Source of the DNA: an uncultured Acidobacteriota bacterium
Lineage (GTDB): Bacteria > Acidobacteriota > Thermoanaerobaculia > Multivoradales > UBA5704
Assembly (NCBI GenBank): GCA_963770895.1
Contig: CAVYRF010000002.1
Location: 1,600,001 to 1,664,000 of the forward strand
DNA length: 64,000 bases
Reading direction: 5' to 3'
The first letter of the stretch is position 1, and every line of letters begins with the position of its first letter. The position numbers were made by a program, and so were the translations under genes. The notes beneath the pieces were generated by a model that saw only the letters and a list, made by a program, of their open reading frames with translations, did no database searches and was not told the origin of the DNA. Of this stretch, positions 11,719 to 21,573 are shown piece by piece.

Positions 11719-13704
11719 CTAGCCGTCCGCCGGGAACAGCGGCAGGCGCGCCGCCGCCGCGTCGCCGCGGGCCTTGGGCGGCGGCGCGGCCTCCTCGACT
11801 TGCTGCTCGCCCGGATTGCGGAACAGGTTGGATTCCAGGTCGTACTGCCGCGTGTACAAGCCGTGATACATGCCGCCCAGCGCCAGCAGATCCTGGTGGC
11901 GCCCGCGCTCGACGATCTGGCCGTGATCCAGCACCAGGATCGTGTCGGCGCGGCGGATGGTGGACAGGCGGTGGGCGATGACGAACGAGGTGCGGCCCTG
12001 CATCAGCTTGGCCAGCCCCTCCTGGATCAGCGCCTCGCTTTCGCTGTCGAGCGACGAGGTCGCTTCGTCCAGGATCAGGATGCGCGGATCGGCCAGGATC
12101 GCCCTGGCGATCGCCACCCGCTGGCGCTCACCGCCCGACAGCTTGACGCCGCGTTCGCCGACGATCGTGTCGTAGCCGTTGGGCAGGCGGCGCACGAACT
12201 CGTCGCAGTGGGCGATTTCGGCGGCGCGCTCGATGTCGGCGCGCCGGGCATCTGGCGAGGCATAGGCGATGTTTTCCAGCACCGTGCCGTCAAACAGAAA
12301 GTTGTCCTGGAACACCACCCCCAGCTGGGAGCGATAGTCGTACAACCGCAGGTTCGATAGGTCGCGCCCATCGATCAGGATCTCGCCTTGCGTCGGCCGG
12401 TGGAACGCCGCCACCAGGCCGATCAAGGTGCTCTTGCCCGATCCCGACGGCCCCACCAGCGCGGTCGAGGTGCCGGGCTCGGCGCGAAAGGAGATCCCAT
12501 GCAGCACGGGTACTCCCTGCTGGTAGGCGAAATGGACGTCGCGGAACTCGACGGTTCCCAGCACCCGATCGACGGGCAGGCGGGCGGCGTCGCCGGCGTC
12601 TTCCTTGGGCTCGTTGCGGATCTCGCGGATGCGCTCCAGACCGGCGAAAGCCTCGGTGATCTGGCTGCCGATGTTGACGATCTGCACCACCGGCCCGACC
12701 ATCAGGCCGAGGTAGAGGATGAACGAGAAGAAGGTGCCGGGGCTCATCCTTCCCAGCAGGACGTCGCGGCCGCCGACCACCATCAGGACGATGGTCATGC
12801 CCCCCACCAGTACCGTCGAGGTGGCCGCCACCGTCGACAGGCCGGTCATCGTGCCGGCGACGTTGCGGAACAGGCGATGGACCGCCTTGGTAAAGACCAG
12901 CGCCTCGCGCCCCTCGGCGCTATACGCCTTCACCACCCGCACGCCGGAAAAGGTTTCGCCCAGCCGGCCCGACAGGTCGGCGTTGATCTTGGACCGCTCG
13001 CGAAACAGCGGCCGCAAGGTCTTGAAGGCATACAGCATGACGAAGCCGAACAGCGACAGGACGGCCAGCGCGATCCACGTCAGCTTGGCGTTGTAGTAGA
13101 ACAGGATGACCAGGACCAGCACCGCCGTGATCGCGCCGCCGGCCGCATCCACCAGGCCGGTCCCCACCAGGTTGCGCAACCCTTCGGCGTCGTTCATCAC
13201 CCGCGACAGCAGGGCGCCGGTCTTGGTCTGTTCGAAATACGCCACCGAAAGCTTGCCGACGTGGCGCTGCACCCGGCGGCGCATCTCGGTGATCGAACGC
13301 TGGGCGGCGATGCCGAGCAGCTGCGACAGCGAAAAGGCGGTGATCGCCTGCAGCACGGTGGCGGCGCCGGCGATGAGCACCAGCAGATCCAGGCGTTGGA
13401 GGCGATCGGCCAGCAGGATGTCCTTCTTGAGGAAGACATAATCCATCAGGTTCTTGCTGATACCCGGCAGCACCAGTCCCGCGGCGCGGTTGACCGCCAT
13501 CAGGCCGCAGCCGGCGATCAAGCGCCCGCGACGCGCGCGGATCAGCTCCAGCGCGTCGCCCATGACGGTGCGTAACTTGATGGGTGCCTTACGCTTCGCG
13601 CGATCGGCTTCCTCGGCCGGGATGGGGCGCGGCCGCGAGGAAACCGGACCGCCGAACAAGCCGGTGCGCGCCGTACGCGGCGACGTGGTATCGAGATTCG
13701 CCAT
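11719..13704 (-). CDS. ABC transporter fused permease/ATP-binding protein (MsbA/MdlB-like exporter)
   Basis: TM domain plus GPSGSGKST, LSGGERQR, ILILDEATSSLD and IAHRLSTI. Confidence 0.95.
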   Translation of the reverse strand: MANLDTTSPRTARTGLFGGPVSSRPRPIPAEEADRAKRKAPIKLRTVMGDALELIRARRGRLIAGCGLMAVNRAAGLVLPGISKNLMDYVFLKKDILLADRLQRLDLLVLIAGAATVLQAITAFSLSQLLGIAAQRSITEMRRRVQRHVGKLSVAYFEQTKTGALLSRVMNDAEGLRNLVGTGLVDAAGGAITAVLVLVILFYYNAKLTWIALAVLSLFGFVMLYAFKTLRPLFRERSKINADLSGRLGETFSGVRVVKAYSAEGREALVFTKAVHRLFRNVAGTMTGLSTVAATSTVLVGGMTIVLMVVGGRDVLLGRMSPGTFFSFILYLGLMVGPVVQIVNIGSQITEAFAGLERIREIRNEPKEDAGDAARLPVDRVLGTVEFRDVHFAYQQGVPVLHGISFRAEPGTSTALVGPSGSGKSTLIGLVAAFHRPTQGEILIDGRDLSNLRLYDYRSQLGVVFQDNFLFDGTVLENIAYASPDARRADIERAAEIAHCDEFVRRLPNGYDTIVGERGVKLSGGERQRVAIARAILADPRILILDEATSSLDSESEALIQEGLAKLMQGRTSFVIAHRLSTIRRADTILVLDHGQIVERGRHQDLLALGGMYHGLYTRQYDLESNLFRNPGEQQVEEAAPPPKARGDAAAARLPLFPADG

Positions 13705-13897
13705 AGAGCCTTTCAAAGCGGCGGCGGCCGCCGCAAACACAGCGGGCAGCATCCTGGGTCGAGCCGGAACGGATGGAAACAGGAGGCGAAGCCCTATGGC
13801 CTAACAGTGCCAGCCAGGCAAATATTCGGGTCTGGCGGCCTGGCCGGGAGCGCCCGATAACTCACCGGCCTATGCCGGGAACGTCTGACCCGGCTTT

Positions 13898-15079
13898 CTA
13901 GCGGCGGGTTTTGAGCTCCAGCGGCTGGTCCAGCTTCAGCTTGACGACGGAGCCTTCGGGGATGACGACCTCTTCGCCGGCGGTCTTGGACGCGATCACC
14001 GTGCCCACCGCGGCGCCGAACAGCGCGCCGAGGATCGTGCCGCCTCGGCTCTGACCGAGGAGCCTGCCGAGCAGGGCACCGCCGGCGGCGCCGCCGCCGA
14101 TGGTCGCGGCGTCGCGTCCGGCCTTCCCCTTGCCCTCCTCAAGAAAGGAGGCCTGAATCGGCACCGTCGCGCCGGAAGGCAGGATCAGGTCGGTGAACTT
14201 GAGGCTGAGGCGCGCCTTGCCGCCGATACGCCGGGCCCCCACCGCATCGGTGACCACACCCAGGATCTCGGAGCCGGCGGGGATCGCCACACCGTCGTCC
14301 AGCCGCACGTCGGCGAGCAGGCGGGTGCGGAAGGTATCGCCGCTGGAGCTGGTGTTGCTGGCCAGGCTCTTGGTGAACTCGACTTCAAAGCGGGTGCCCG
14401 CCGGCACGGTCGCCGGCACCTGCGCGCGGTCGTCCGCCCCCGCCCCCGCCGCCAACGCGGGCGACGGCGCGGCCTCCTGGCTATCTGCCGGCTGCGCTCC
14501 GGCAGTGCCGGCGCCCGCCCCTGTCACCAGCGCGGGCGCCGCGGCAGCGCCCGGCACACCGGTTCCGCCATCCGCCTGCGGACCGAACGGAGCGGCGGCA
14601 CCGCCGCCCGCGGCCTGCTGGTCGGGGGTGGCGGGCAGGGCAGCGCCCCCGCCCGCGCTGGTGGCGGCGGCGGGGGCGGGCGAGGGGGCGCCCGCGGGCG
14701 CGCCAGCCGCCTGCGGCCGGCGCCGCAGTTTCTGTTCGCGCGCTTCGAGCGCCGCCTGGCGGGCCTCCAGCCGGCGTTCCCGCGCTTCCAGGTCGCGCTC
14801 GCGGTCGGTTTCGGTCGCCGGCGCCGGCGGCGGGTTGCCGATCGTCACGCTTTGGGGCCGCGGTTGCAGCTCACTGGTGGGCGGTGGCAGCGCCCCCGCC
14901 ACCGGCGCCGGCGAGCCCGCGACGGGGACGCTGATTGGGGCGCTCAGGCCAGCCGTCTGCTCCGGTGCCGCGGCGTGAGAATTGCCGGCCCCTGCGGGCT
15001 GATCCTGGCGGCCGCAGGCGATCAGCGCCACGCAGCAAAGGGCAAACGCACAATGACCAGAAGGTCTGGATGTGAACAT
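13898..15079 (-). CDS. Hypothetical exported/lipoprotein with coiled coil, beta-rich C-terminal domain and glycine zipper
   Basis: Lipobox-like ALIAC, coiled coil RERDLEARERRLEARQ, VPAGT..GDTF..VAIPAGSEILGVV, glycine zipper GGGAAGGALLG..GALFGAAVG. Confidence 0.7.
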   Translation of the reverse strand: MFTSRPSGHCAFALCCVALIACGRQDQPAGAGNSHAAAPEQTAGLSAPISVPVAGSPAPVAGALPPPTSELQPRPQSVTIGNPPPAPATETDRERDLEARERRLEARQAALEAREQKLRRRPQAAGAPAGAPSPAPAAATSAGGGAALPATPDQQAAGGGAAAPFGPQADGGTGVPGAAAAPALVTGAGAGTAGAQPADSQEAAPSPALAAGAGADDRAQVPATVPAGTRFEVEFTKSLASNTSSSGDTFRTRLLADVRLDDGVAIPAGSEILGVVTDAVGARRIGGKARLSLKFTDLILPSGATVPIQASFLEEGKGKAGRDAATIGGGAAGGALLGRLLGQSRGGTILGALFGAAVGTVIASKTAGEEVVIPEGSVVKLKLDQPLELKTRR

Positions 15080-15263
15080 GATCGATGCCTCCGGCGTCCG
15101 GGCGCGCTGGGGAAAGGCGGTGCAAGCGAGGTGCCGAACCGTGGCCGCGGCCAGGCTGGGGGGATTGTGCCGGACCAGGCCGCCCCCAGGCCGCTGGCCG
15201 ATGCCTGCCCCGCGGGGTGGGAGTGTCCCCTTTGCGGGGCGGGCGTGCCGCCCCGATAGGACG

Positions 15264-15917
15264 TCAGCGGCGGCGCGAAGGGTCGAAGCGGATGACTCCG
15301 CCTGGCTGGTTGCGCGCCCGGTCTTTGGCGGGCGGCGGTGCCGCGGCCGGACCCGGCGGATCGCTGGGCGGGTCCGCGGCGGTCGTCGCCGGCGCGGCAG
15401 CCGCGGGGGCGGCGAGCGGTGCGACCACCAGGCCGGGCCTTGCCGCCTTGCCTGGCTGGGCATCGCCGCCTCCGGTGGGAGGGGCGGCGGCGGCGGCACC
15501 CTGGCCGTCCTCGACCTCCTGCGGGTTCTGCGGGCGAAGGGGGGGCGCGGATTGGAGAGGCGAGCGCGGCTGGAAACGCCAGGCGAATTCGGCGGAAGGA
15601 TCGGCGAACGTGGTGAGCGCCGCAAACGGGATGGACAGGCGGTGGCGGCTGCCGCTGAAGCTCAGCTCCACCGAAAAGGAGTCGGGCTGCACGTCCAGGT
15701 CCCAGTACTGGTATTGCAACCTGATCGTCATCTCGTTCGGGTAGAGATCGCGCAGCAGCGAGGGCATCGCCACTCCCGGATGACCGGTGAGGAAGCCGAT
15801 GTAGAAGTAGTGCTCACCCGGCAGGCCATGCTCCGCCACCTCGGCCAGAAGCCGGCGCACCGCGTCGCGCAATGCGTCCTCCACAAACCTCTGATAATCG
15901 ATGCCGTCGCTGCTCAA
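15264..15917 (-). CDS. sspB: ClpXP specificity-enhancing factor SspB (alphaproteobacterial-like type)
   Basis: GLPGEHYFYIGFLTGHPGV, YPNEMTIRLQYQYWDL, FSVELSF, IPFAALTTFADPS and the C-terminal VIRFD ClpX-binding-like tail. TTG start inferred. Confidence 0.85.
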   Translation of the reverse strand: MSSDGIDYQRFVEDALRDAVRRLLAEVAEHGLPGEHYFYIGFLTGHPGVAMPSLLRDLYPNEMTIRLQYQYWDLDVQPDSFSVELSFSGSRHRLSIPFAALTTFADPSAEFAWRFQPRSPLQSAPPLRPQNPQEVEDGQGAAAAAPPTGGGDAQPGKAARPGLVVAPLAAPAAAAPATTAADPPSDPPGPAAAPPPAKDRARNQPGGVIRFDPSRRR

Positions 15918-15999
15918 TGGCGGCTCCAGGCGATAGACGTCAATCCCCCCCGAGCTTGCGGCGCGCCGCGGCATTTGTCAACTGTGCGGCGTTCCGGCG

Positions 16000-16401
16000 T
16001 CAGGGAGGGTCGAAGGTGCCGCGCGGCGTCCAGGGGCCGCAGCGGGCGATGCGCCACACCGCCCGCAGGCTGCCGAAGAGCGCGCCGTAGCGGACGATCG
16101 CCCCCTCCGCGTAGTGGCTGCACGTCGGCGTGAAGCGGCATTGGATGCCGAGCCCCGGCATGCGCGGCGACAGCGTCGCCTGGTACAGGTGGATGCCGCC
16201 GAGCAGCAGGCGGGCGGTGACCTGGTGGGCGGGGGGACGAACCAGGTCCAGCACGACCAGCGCCAGCAGCACCGCGGCCACCGCCCGCAGGGCAACCCGC
16301 GCCCGCGGGCCGAGCGGGGTGGCGGCGGAGCCGGCGGACGCGGAGGTGGAGATGGCGGACGCCTCCGCCAGACCTGGGACGGGGTGCAGGCGATCCGTCA
16401 C
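16000..16401 (-). CDS. YidD-like membrane protein insertion efficiency factor (second paralog)
   Basis: IHLYQATLSP..CRFTPTCSHYAEGAIVRYG..RIARCGPW..GTFDPP. The GTG start overlaps the upstream TGA. Confidence 0.85.
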   Translation of the reverse strand: MTDRLHPVPGLAEASAISTSASAGSAATPLGPRARVALRAVAAVLLALVVLDLVRPPAHQVTARLLLGGIHLYQATLSPRMPGLGIQCRFTPTCSHYAEGAIVRYGALFGSLRAVWRIARCGPWTPRGTFDPP

Positions 16402-16811
16402 CAGGGCAGTGTACCCGTCGCCAGGCGGCCGAGCCAGACCGTGACCAGCAGCGCCGCGTTGCCCATCGCGATCGCGTCGAGCCGGGCAAGGATCTGGCCC
16501 GGACGGCGGGAACCGCGCAGCGCCGCGCCCCACGCGATCCAGGCCGCCCCCAGCTCGGCGGCGATCAACGGCGCCAGGGGGTGGTCGCGAAGCGCCGCCA
16601 GCCACTCGCCCTTGGCGAGGTGGGCAAAGGCGCGAGTCAGGCCGCATCCCGGACAAGGGATTCCGGTCAGGCGGCGCAGCAGGCAGACGCTGGTGCGGAT
16701 ATCCGACGACGGCACCCACAGGTGCAGGATCGCAAACGCCGCGATCCCCAGGGCGCCGGCGAGCACCCACCCCTTCAGGTTGTGCAGCTCGCCGGCGCGC
16801 GACGGATTCAA
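16398..16811 (-). CDS. DUF2752-type membrane protein
   Basis: CLLRRLTGIPCPGCGLTRAF..A..HPL motif. The TTG start overlaps the upstream TGA. Confidence 0.85.
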   Translation of the reverse strand: MNPSRAGELHNLKGWVLAGALGIAAFAILHLWVPSSDIRTSVCLLRRLTGIPCPGCGLTRAFAHLAKGEWLAALRDHPLAPLIAAELGAAWIAWGAALRGSRRPGQILARLDAIAMGNAALLVTVWLGRLATGTLPW

Positions 16812-17143
16812 CGGTTCATCATCCCCTGCAGCACGGCCATGCCGCCCATGGCGAAGATCCAGACGATGGAGAGCAGCAACAGCACGCTGCCGACGATGCC
16901 CAGCACCCTGCCGACGTTGGCCAGGGTCGCGCCCTCGATCGGCGAGACGCCGGCGCGGATCGCCTTGGTTTCGTTGGTCCCCAGGTACCAGGCGATCGGC
17001 GCCAGCAGACCGCAGCAGGTGATGCCCAGGATGCCGCAGACCAGCGCCGCGATGGCCTGGTTGCCGGCGCGGCCCGGCGCCGATGCAGGAGGCAGCGTGG
17101 GGGGTGGGGGAGGTGGAGGAAAGGACCCGACCGGTTCGCTCAT
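16808..17143 (-). CDS. DUF4190-type small membrane protein
   Basis: Pro-rich N-terminus, AIAALVCGILG..CCGLLAPIAWYLG..G..LA..G.VLGIVG. Confidence 0.8.
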   Translation of the reverse strand: MSEPVGSFPPPPPPPTLPPASAPGRAGNQAIAALVCGILGITCCGLLAPIAWYLGTNETKAIRAGVSPIEGATLANVGRVLGIVGSVLLLLSIVWIFAMGGMAVLQGMMNR

Positions 17144-17257
17144 GGACGCTCCTGGAATGCAATGGCTCCGATGGTTGGCGGGCGACGCCGCGGGGCCCGC
17201 CCGGGGGCGCCGCGCGACCGGCGCGCGACGGCCGCGGGCGCCCCTGCGGAGCTGTGA

Positions 17258-17680
17258 TCAGATGTTGATCTGGCTGGCGTATTGGCTGACAACCGGAATG
17301 ATGAAGCGTTCGCCCTTCACCCCCTTGAGGATGCAGATAATGCGAACGACCAGGAAGCCGAGGCCGATCAGCGGACCGAGCAAGCCCAGGAAACAGCCGA
17401 TGATGCCGAGGTGGATCATTGCCAGGATGAAGTGGACCGCGCCGAAGGCGATCCAGATGACGACTTCGGCGGCCAGCAGCATCAGGCCGTTCTTGGCGTG
17501 CCACTGCACTTCGGCGTCCTGCTTCTCGACGAGCAGCGGCACCAGGGCCAGAAGCCACAGATACGAAAGGACGATCATGATCCCGCGGTTGGGGCTGACA
17601 GCGCCCGACACGGGGCCGCTCGGCGGCGGCGGCGGCGGCGCGTTATATGGCGACGGCGGCGGGACTGTAGGGTCACTCAT
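17258..17680 (-). CDS. DUF4870-type membrane protein
   Basis: Pro-rich N-terminus, LSYLWLLALVPLL..VQWHAKNGL..KGERFIIPVV. AGGAGA RBS. Confidence 0.8.
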   Translation of the reverse strand: MSDPTVPPPSPYNAPPPPPPSGPVSGAVSPNRGIMIVLSYLWLLALVPLLVEKQDAEVQWHAKNGLMLLAAEVVIWIAFGAVHFILAMIHLGIIGCFLGLLGPLIGLGFLVVRIICILKGVKGERFIIPVVSQYASQINI

Positions 17681-17813
17681 CGCACAGCTCTCCTTTCGAA
17701 ATTACCTTCTACGCAAGCAGGGGGACGTACCCACCGCAGTCTATACAAGGCCAGGGCGGCCGACAAGGATACCCTCTCCTGCCGCGCGTCGTCATGCCGC
17801 ACCGCCCTGCGTT

Positions 17814-18941
17814 TCAGCGGCGGCCTGTCACCCGCTCGTAAAGCGACCGGTAACGGCCGACCACCGAATCCTGGCTGAAGCGCTCCATGGCATCGCGCCG
17901 GCCGGCGGCGCCCATGGCGCGGCGGCGCGGCGGATCGGACAGCAGCCGCCAGGCGGCATCGGCCATCGCCTCCACCTCGCCGACGCCGAACAGGAAACCC
18001 GTTTCGCCGTCGGTCACCACCTCGGGCACGCCGCCGACCGCGGTGGCGATGACCGGCACCTCGCAGGACAGCGCTTCGAGCGCCGCCAGGCCGAAGGACT
18101 CGCGCTCGGACGGCAGCAGGAACAGGTCCGCCCCGACGATCACCTCTTCGACCAGCGGCAGGCTGCCGATGAACGTGATGGCGTGGCAGATGTCGTGCTC
18201 CCGGCAGTACTGCTCGACCTTGCCGCGGTCCGGGCCGTCGCCGACCATCAGCAGGCGGCAGGGCAACCGCCGCTGCACCCGCTCGAAGATGCGGATCACG
18301 TCCAGGACGCGCTTGACCGGCCGGAAGTTGGAGATGTGGATCAGGATGCTCTCCCCCTCCTTGGCCCAGCGGCGGCAGCCGGGGCTGTCGCGCGCCCGTT
18401 CGTAGCGGCTCGGATCGATGAAGTTGGGGATCACGTCGATCTGGTTCGAGATGCCGAGCTGCTCGACGGTCGCGAGACGCAACGACTCCGACACCGCGGT
18501 CACCGCATCGCTCTGCAAGATGCCCCAGCGGGTGGTTTCCAGGTAGTTGGGATCGTTGCCCACCAGGGTGACGTCGGTGCCGTGCAGGGTGGTCACCACC
18601 GGCAGCGGCAGCGGTTGCACGATCTCGCGCGCCAAAACCGCCGAAACCGCGTTGGGAATCGCGTAGTGCACGTGCAGCACGTCCAGGTGGCTGTGCCGCG
18701 CCACCTCCACCATCTTGGTGGTGAGGGCGAGCGAATACGGCGGGTAGTCGTCGAACAGCGGGTAACGGGGGGTGACCACCTCGTGAAAGAACAGCCGCGA
18801 ATTGGTGAGCGACAGGCGCGACGGCAGCGCGTAGCTGATGACGTGAACCTGGTCGCCGCCGTCGGCCAGCGCCATCGCCAGCTCGGTGGCGACGATCCCC
18901 GAGCCGCCGTAGGTCGGATAGCAGCTGATGCCGACCCTCAT
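17814..18941 (-). CDS. bshA: N-acetyl-alpha-D-glucosaminyl L-malate synthase (bacillithiol biosynthesis)
   Basis: MRVGISCYPTYGGSGIVATEL, HVHYAIP, TTLHGTDVTLVG, HISNFRPVKR and ESFGLAALEA. Confidence 0.96.
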   Translation of the reverse strand: MRVGISCYPTYGGSGIVATELAMALADGGDQVHVISYALPSRLSLTNSRLFFHEVVTPRYPLFDDYPPYSLALTTKMVEVARHSHLDVLHVHYAIPNAVSAVLAREIVQPLPLPVVTTLHGTDVTLVGNDPNYLETTRWGILQSDAVTAVSESLRLATVEQLGISNQIDVIPNFIDPSRYERARDSPGCRRWAKEGESILIHISNFRPVKRVLDVIRIFERVQRRLPCRLLMVGDGPDRGKVEQYCREHDICHAITFIGSLPLVEEVIVGADLFLLPSERESFGLAALEALSCEVPVIATAVGGVPEVVTDGETGFLFGVGEVEAMADAAWRLLSDPPRRRAMGAAGRRDAMERFSQDSVVGRYRSLYERVTGRR

Positions 18942-19753
18942 CGCAGCCCCCGCGGGGTGAGCGCCGCCAGGTCGGAGACGGCAAGCGGCAGGGGGCTTGC
19001 GAAGGGCTCGCCCAGCTCGACGCCGATCAGCTGTCCGAAGTGGCGGGCGCGCCCTTCGATGGCCAGACGGAATTCGCGCGACGAGATCTTGGTCGCCGGC
19101 TGGCCGTCGGGAGCAGCCGCGGCGGCGGCCGGACCGGCCGGATCGCTCGCGGCGGCCGCCGGGGGCGCGCCGCTTGCCGCGGCCGCCGGGGCCGTGGCGG
19201 CGCCCTGGTAGAGCTGGCTGCGATAGGCGGCCAGGGCAGCCATCTTGGTTTCCCATACCGCGGTCACGTCGACGACGAAGCTGGGCTCGAACGAATTGTG
19301 CTGCATGTAGGAAAAGACCGCCGCCGGGCGGTGAGGGGGACCCGGCCGCGCGGAGCCGCGCGCCGCCAGCCCCGAATAAAACGCCGCCGCGGCCACCAGC
19401 TCGTGCGCGCGCCCATGGTCCGGGTGGCGGTCGCTCGGGGGCGGACCGAGCAGCAGGTCGGGCCGCCATGTCCTGAGCACTTCGATCAACGCATCCTCCT
19501 CGGCCTGGCCGCGGCGCAGAGCGCCGTCGCCACAATCCAGAAATGCCAGCTCGACGGCGCCCAGTGCCGCCGCCGCGCGCTCCGCTTCGGCCAGGCGCAG
19601 CTCGGCGTTGCCGCGGGTGCCGCTTTCGCCGCGCGTCAGGTGCAGGATGCCGACGCGGCGGCCCTGGCGGGCGGCCAGTGCCAGGGTGCCGCCGCAGCCC
19701 AGCTCGACGTCGTCGGGATGTGCGCCGATGGCCAGGATGTCGAGCTTGCTCAT
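18938..19753 (-). CDS. bshB1: Bacillithiol biosynthesis deacetylase (PIG-L family)
   Basis: LAIGAHPDDVELGCGGT, LTRGESGTRG, DRHPDH and AYRSQ motifs, located between bshC and bshA. Confidence 0.93.
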   Translation of the reverse strand: MSKLDILAIGAHPDDVELGCGGTLALAARQGRRVGILHLTRGESGTRGNAELRLAEAERAAAALGAVELAFLDCGDGALRRGQAEEDALIEVLRTWRPDLLLGPPPSDRHPDHGRAHELVAAAAFYSGLAARGSARPGPPHRPAAVFSYMQHNSFEPSFVVDVTAVWETKMAALAAYRSQLYQGAATAPAAAASGAPPAAAASDPAGPAAAAAAPDGQPATKISSREFRLAIEGRARHFGQLIGVELGEPFASPLPLAVSDLAALTPRGLR

Positions 19754-19762
19754 GGTGTCGGC

Positions 19763-21448
19763 TCAGGGCACGATGACGGAAAGGCGGCGCGGTTCGAGAT
19801 CCATCTGCTCCCAGAAGCTGGCGGCGAAACGGTCGCCGTACTTGCCTTGAAAATGCGCCGCGGACACCACCCGTTCCTGCCACTTGCCGCCGGGCTGGCA
19901 GACCTGCATCAGGGTATCGACCCGCCGGTTTTCCATCTCGTCGCGGCGGGCCAGCGCCGGCAGCGCCTTTTCGGCGAACAGACTGAGCGCGCGGGCAACC
20001 TGCTCGCGGGTCTTGGCGAGGGGGCGCTCGAGGTTGGCATCGGCTGCCAGCGCCGGCGCCTCCAGCTCCGCCAGCGCCGCCTGGACGCGGGCGGCCACCG
20101 GCGCCACGAAGTCGCCGCCGGCGCGCTCGGCCAGGGCGCGGTCCAGCTGGTGGCGGTCGCCCAGCAGAGTGGCGAGCGCCAGGCCGCTTTCCGCCAGGCG
20201 CTCAGCCTGGCGAGCGTCCAGCACCATGGCCTGCGGCCGCAGCGTCACGTGCGGCGCGGCGACGTCGAGCACGCCGTAGACCGGCGCCACCTGCGGCATG
20301 TACGACAGCTCGCCCGGGCCGAGCACCTGGAGCGCCGTGCCCAGCACCGCGTCGGCGATGGCGGGGCGGGCGAGCACGCCGGGGCTGACCACCGATGGAT
20401 TTTCGCTGACCGTGCGCAGCAGCTCGGCGACCGTGTCGCGAGACCTGGCGGACTTCGCCGCCACCGCGCCAGGGTGGCGCGCATCGTGGCCGCGCAGGGT
20501 GAAGCCGGAGGCGCCCTGCCAGGCGATGCGGCGGCGCGCGGCGCCGCGCAGCAGGAACAGCGGGCTGGCACCGCGCTGAGGGCTGACCCGCAGCTCGTAG
20601 CCGCGCGCGGCGATGGCGGCATCCTGGCGCTCCAGCGCCGCTTCCAGCTCGGCGCGGCGTTCGATCAGGGATGCCAGGTAGGGGCGTTGGGCGAGCTTCA
20701 GGGCGGGGTGCATGGCGTCCAGGAGCAGCGGACATCGGTGCCCCAACATCGCCGTCATGGAGCGGCAGAACGCCGTGCCCACGCAGGCGAACGGCCCGTA
20801 CCAGCTGCCGAGCCGGGCGAGCCATTCGGCGTAGCGCTCGCCGGGGACCGCCTCGGCCATGGCGCGCAGGATGCCGGTGATCGCCTGCGGCATGGTGCGC
20901 ATGCCGACCGGCAGCAGCGGCTCGGGGTCCGGCCCCAGATCGAAGCTGCGCGGGCCGTCGGCGGCGAGCACCGTGGCATGCGACACCTCGGCAAAGTCGT
21001 GGTCTTCGTTTGCCACCCAGAACACCGCCACCGCCGGTTCCCCCGCGGCCTCCAACGCCGCCGCATAGCGGGACGCGGCGATCATTTTGGAGAAGGTGTA
21101 GAGCGGGCCGCCGAAAAGACCGGGCTGCTGGCCGGTGACCACCACGCGAGTGGCCGGGTCGGCCAGCCGGCGGCAGAGCCGGTCGGCGTCGGGATGACCG
21201 AAGGAATGGTTGCTCGCCGCGATCGCCGTCGCCAGCGCCGCGCGCCCCTTGGGAGCCACGGCCGGCCGGCGGCACAGCGCGTCAAGCTGGGACGGCGCGG
21301 CGAGCAGGCCGAGCGGCGCCAGCAGGTCCAGGTCGCGGCCGGCCAGGAAGGAAGCGGGGAGCGGCGGCAGCTGCCCGGAAGCGGCCAGGTCCAGCTGCAG
21401 GGCGTCGCGCAGGTGTGGCGCCGGCGACGCGGGGAGGTTTGCTGTCAC
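19763..21448 (-). CDS. bshC: Bacillithiol biosynthesis cysteine-adding enzyme
   Basis: VVTGQQPGLFGGPLYT, VFWVANEDHDFAEV, SPGVLARP, GPGELSY and QERV. Confidence 0.93.
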   Translation of the reverse strand: MTANLPASPAPHLRDALQLDLAASGQLPPLPASFLAGRDLDLLAPLGLLAAPSQLDALCRRPAVAPKGRAALATAIAASNHSFGHPDADRLCRRLADPATRVVVTGQQPGLFGGPLYTFSKMIAASRYAAALEAAGEPAVAVFWVANEDHDFAEVSHATVLAADGPRSFDLGPDPEPLLPVGMRTMPQAITGILRAMAEAVPGERYAEWLARLGSWYGPFACVGTAFCRSMTAMLGHRCPLLLDAMHPALKLAQRPYLASLIERRAELEAALERQDAAIAARGYELRVSPQRGASPLFLLRGAARRRIAWQGASGFTLRGHDARHPGAVAAKSARSRDTVAELLRTVSENPSVVSPGVLARPAIADAVLGTALQVLGPGELSYMPQVAPVYGVLDVAAPHVTLRPQAMVLDARQAERLAESGLALATLLGDRHQLDRALAERAGGDFVAPVAARVQAALAELEAPALAADANLERPLAKTREQVARALSLFAEKALPALARRDEMENRRVDTLMQVCQPGGKWQERVVSAAHFQGKYGDRFAASFWEQMDLEPRRLSVIVP

Positions 21449-21573
21449 AGCCGCTCCTTATGGCAGACCACCGGCGGCATGATACTCGGAGTTGGCGGGC
21501 GCGCGCCGCGGTGGAGAGCACCCCGTCGCCGCGACCGCGCCATCTCTCCGCGGGCTTCGCGGTATCCTTGGAC

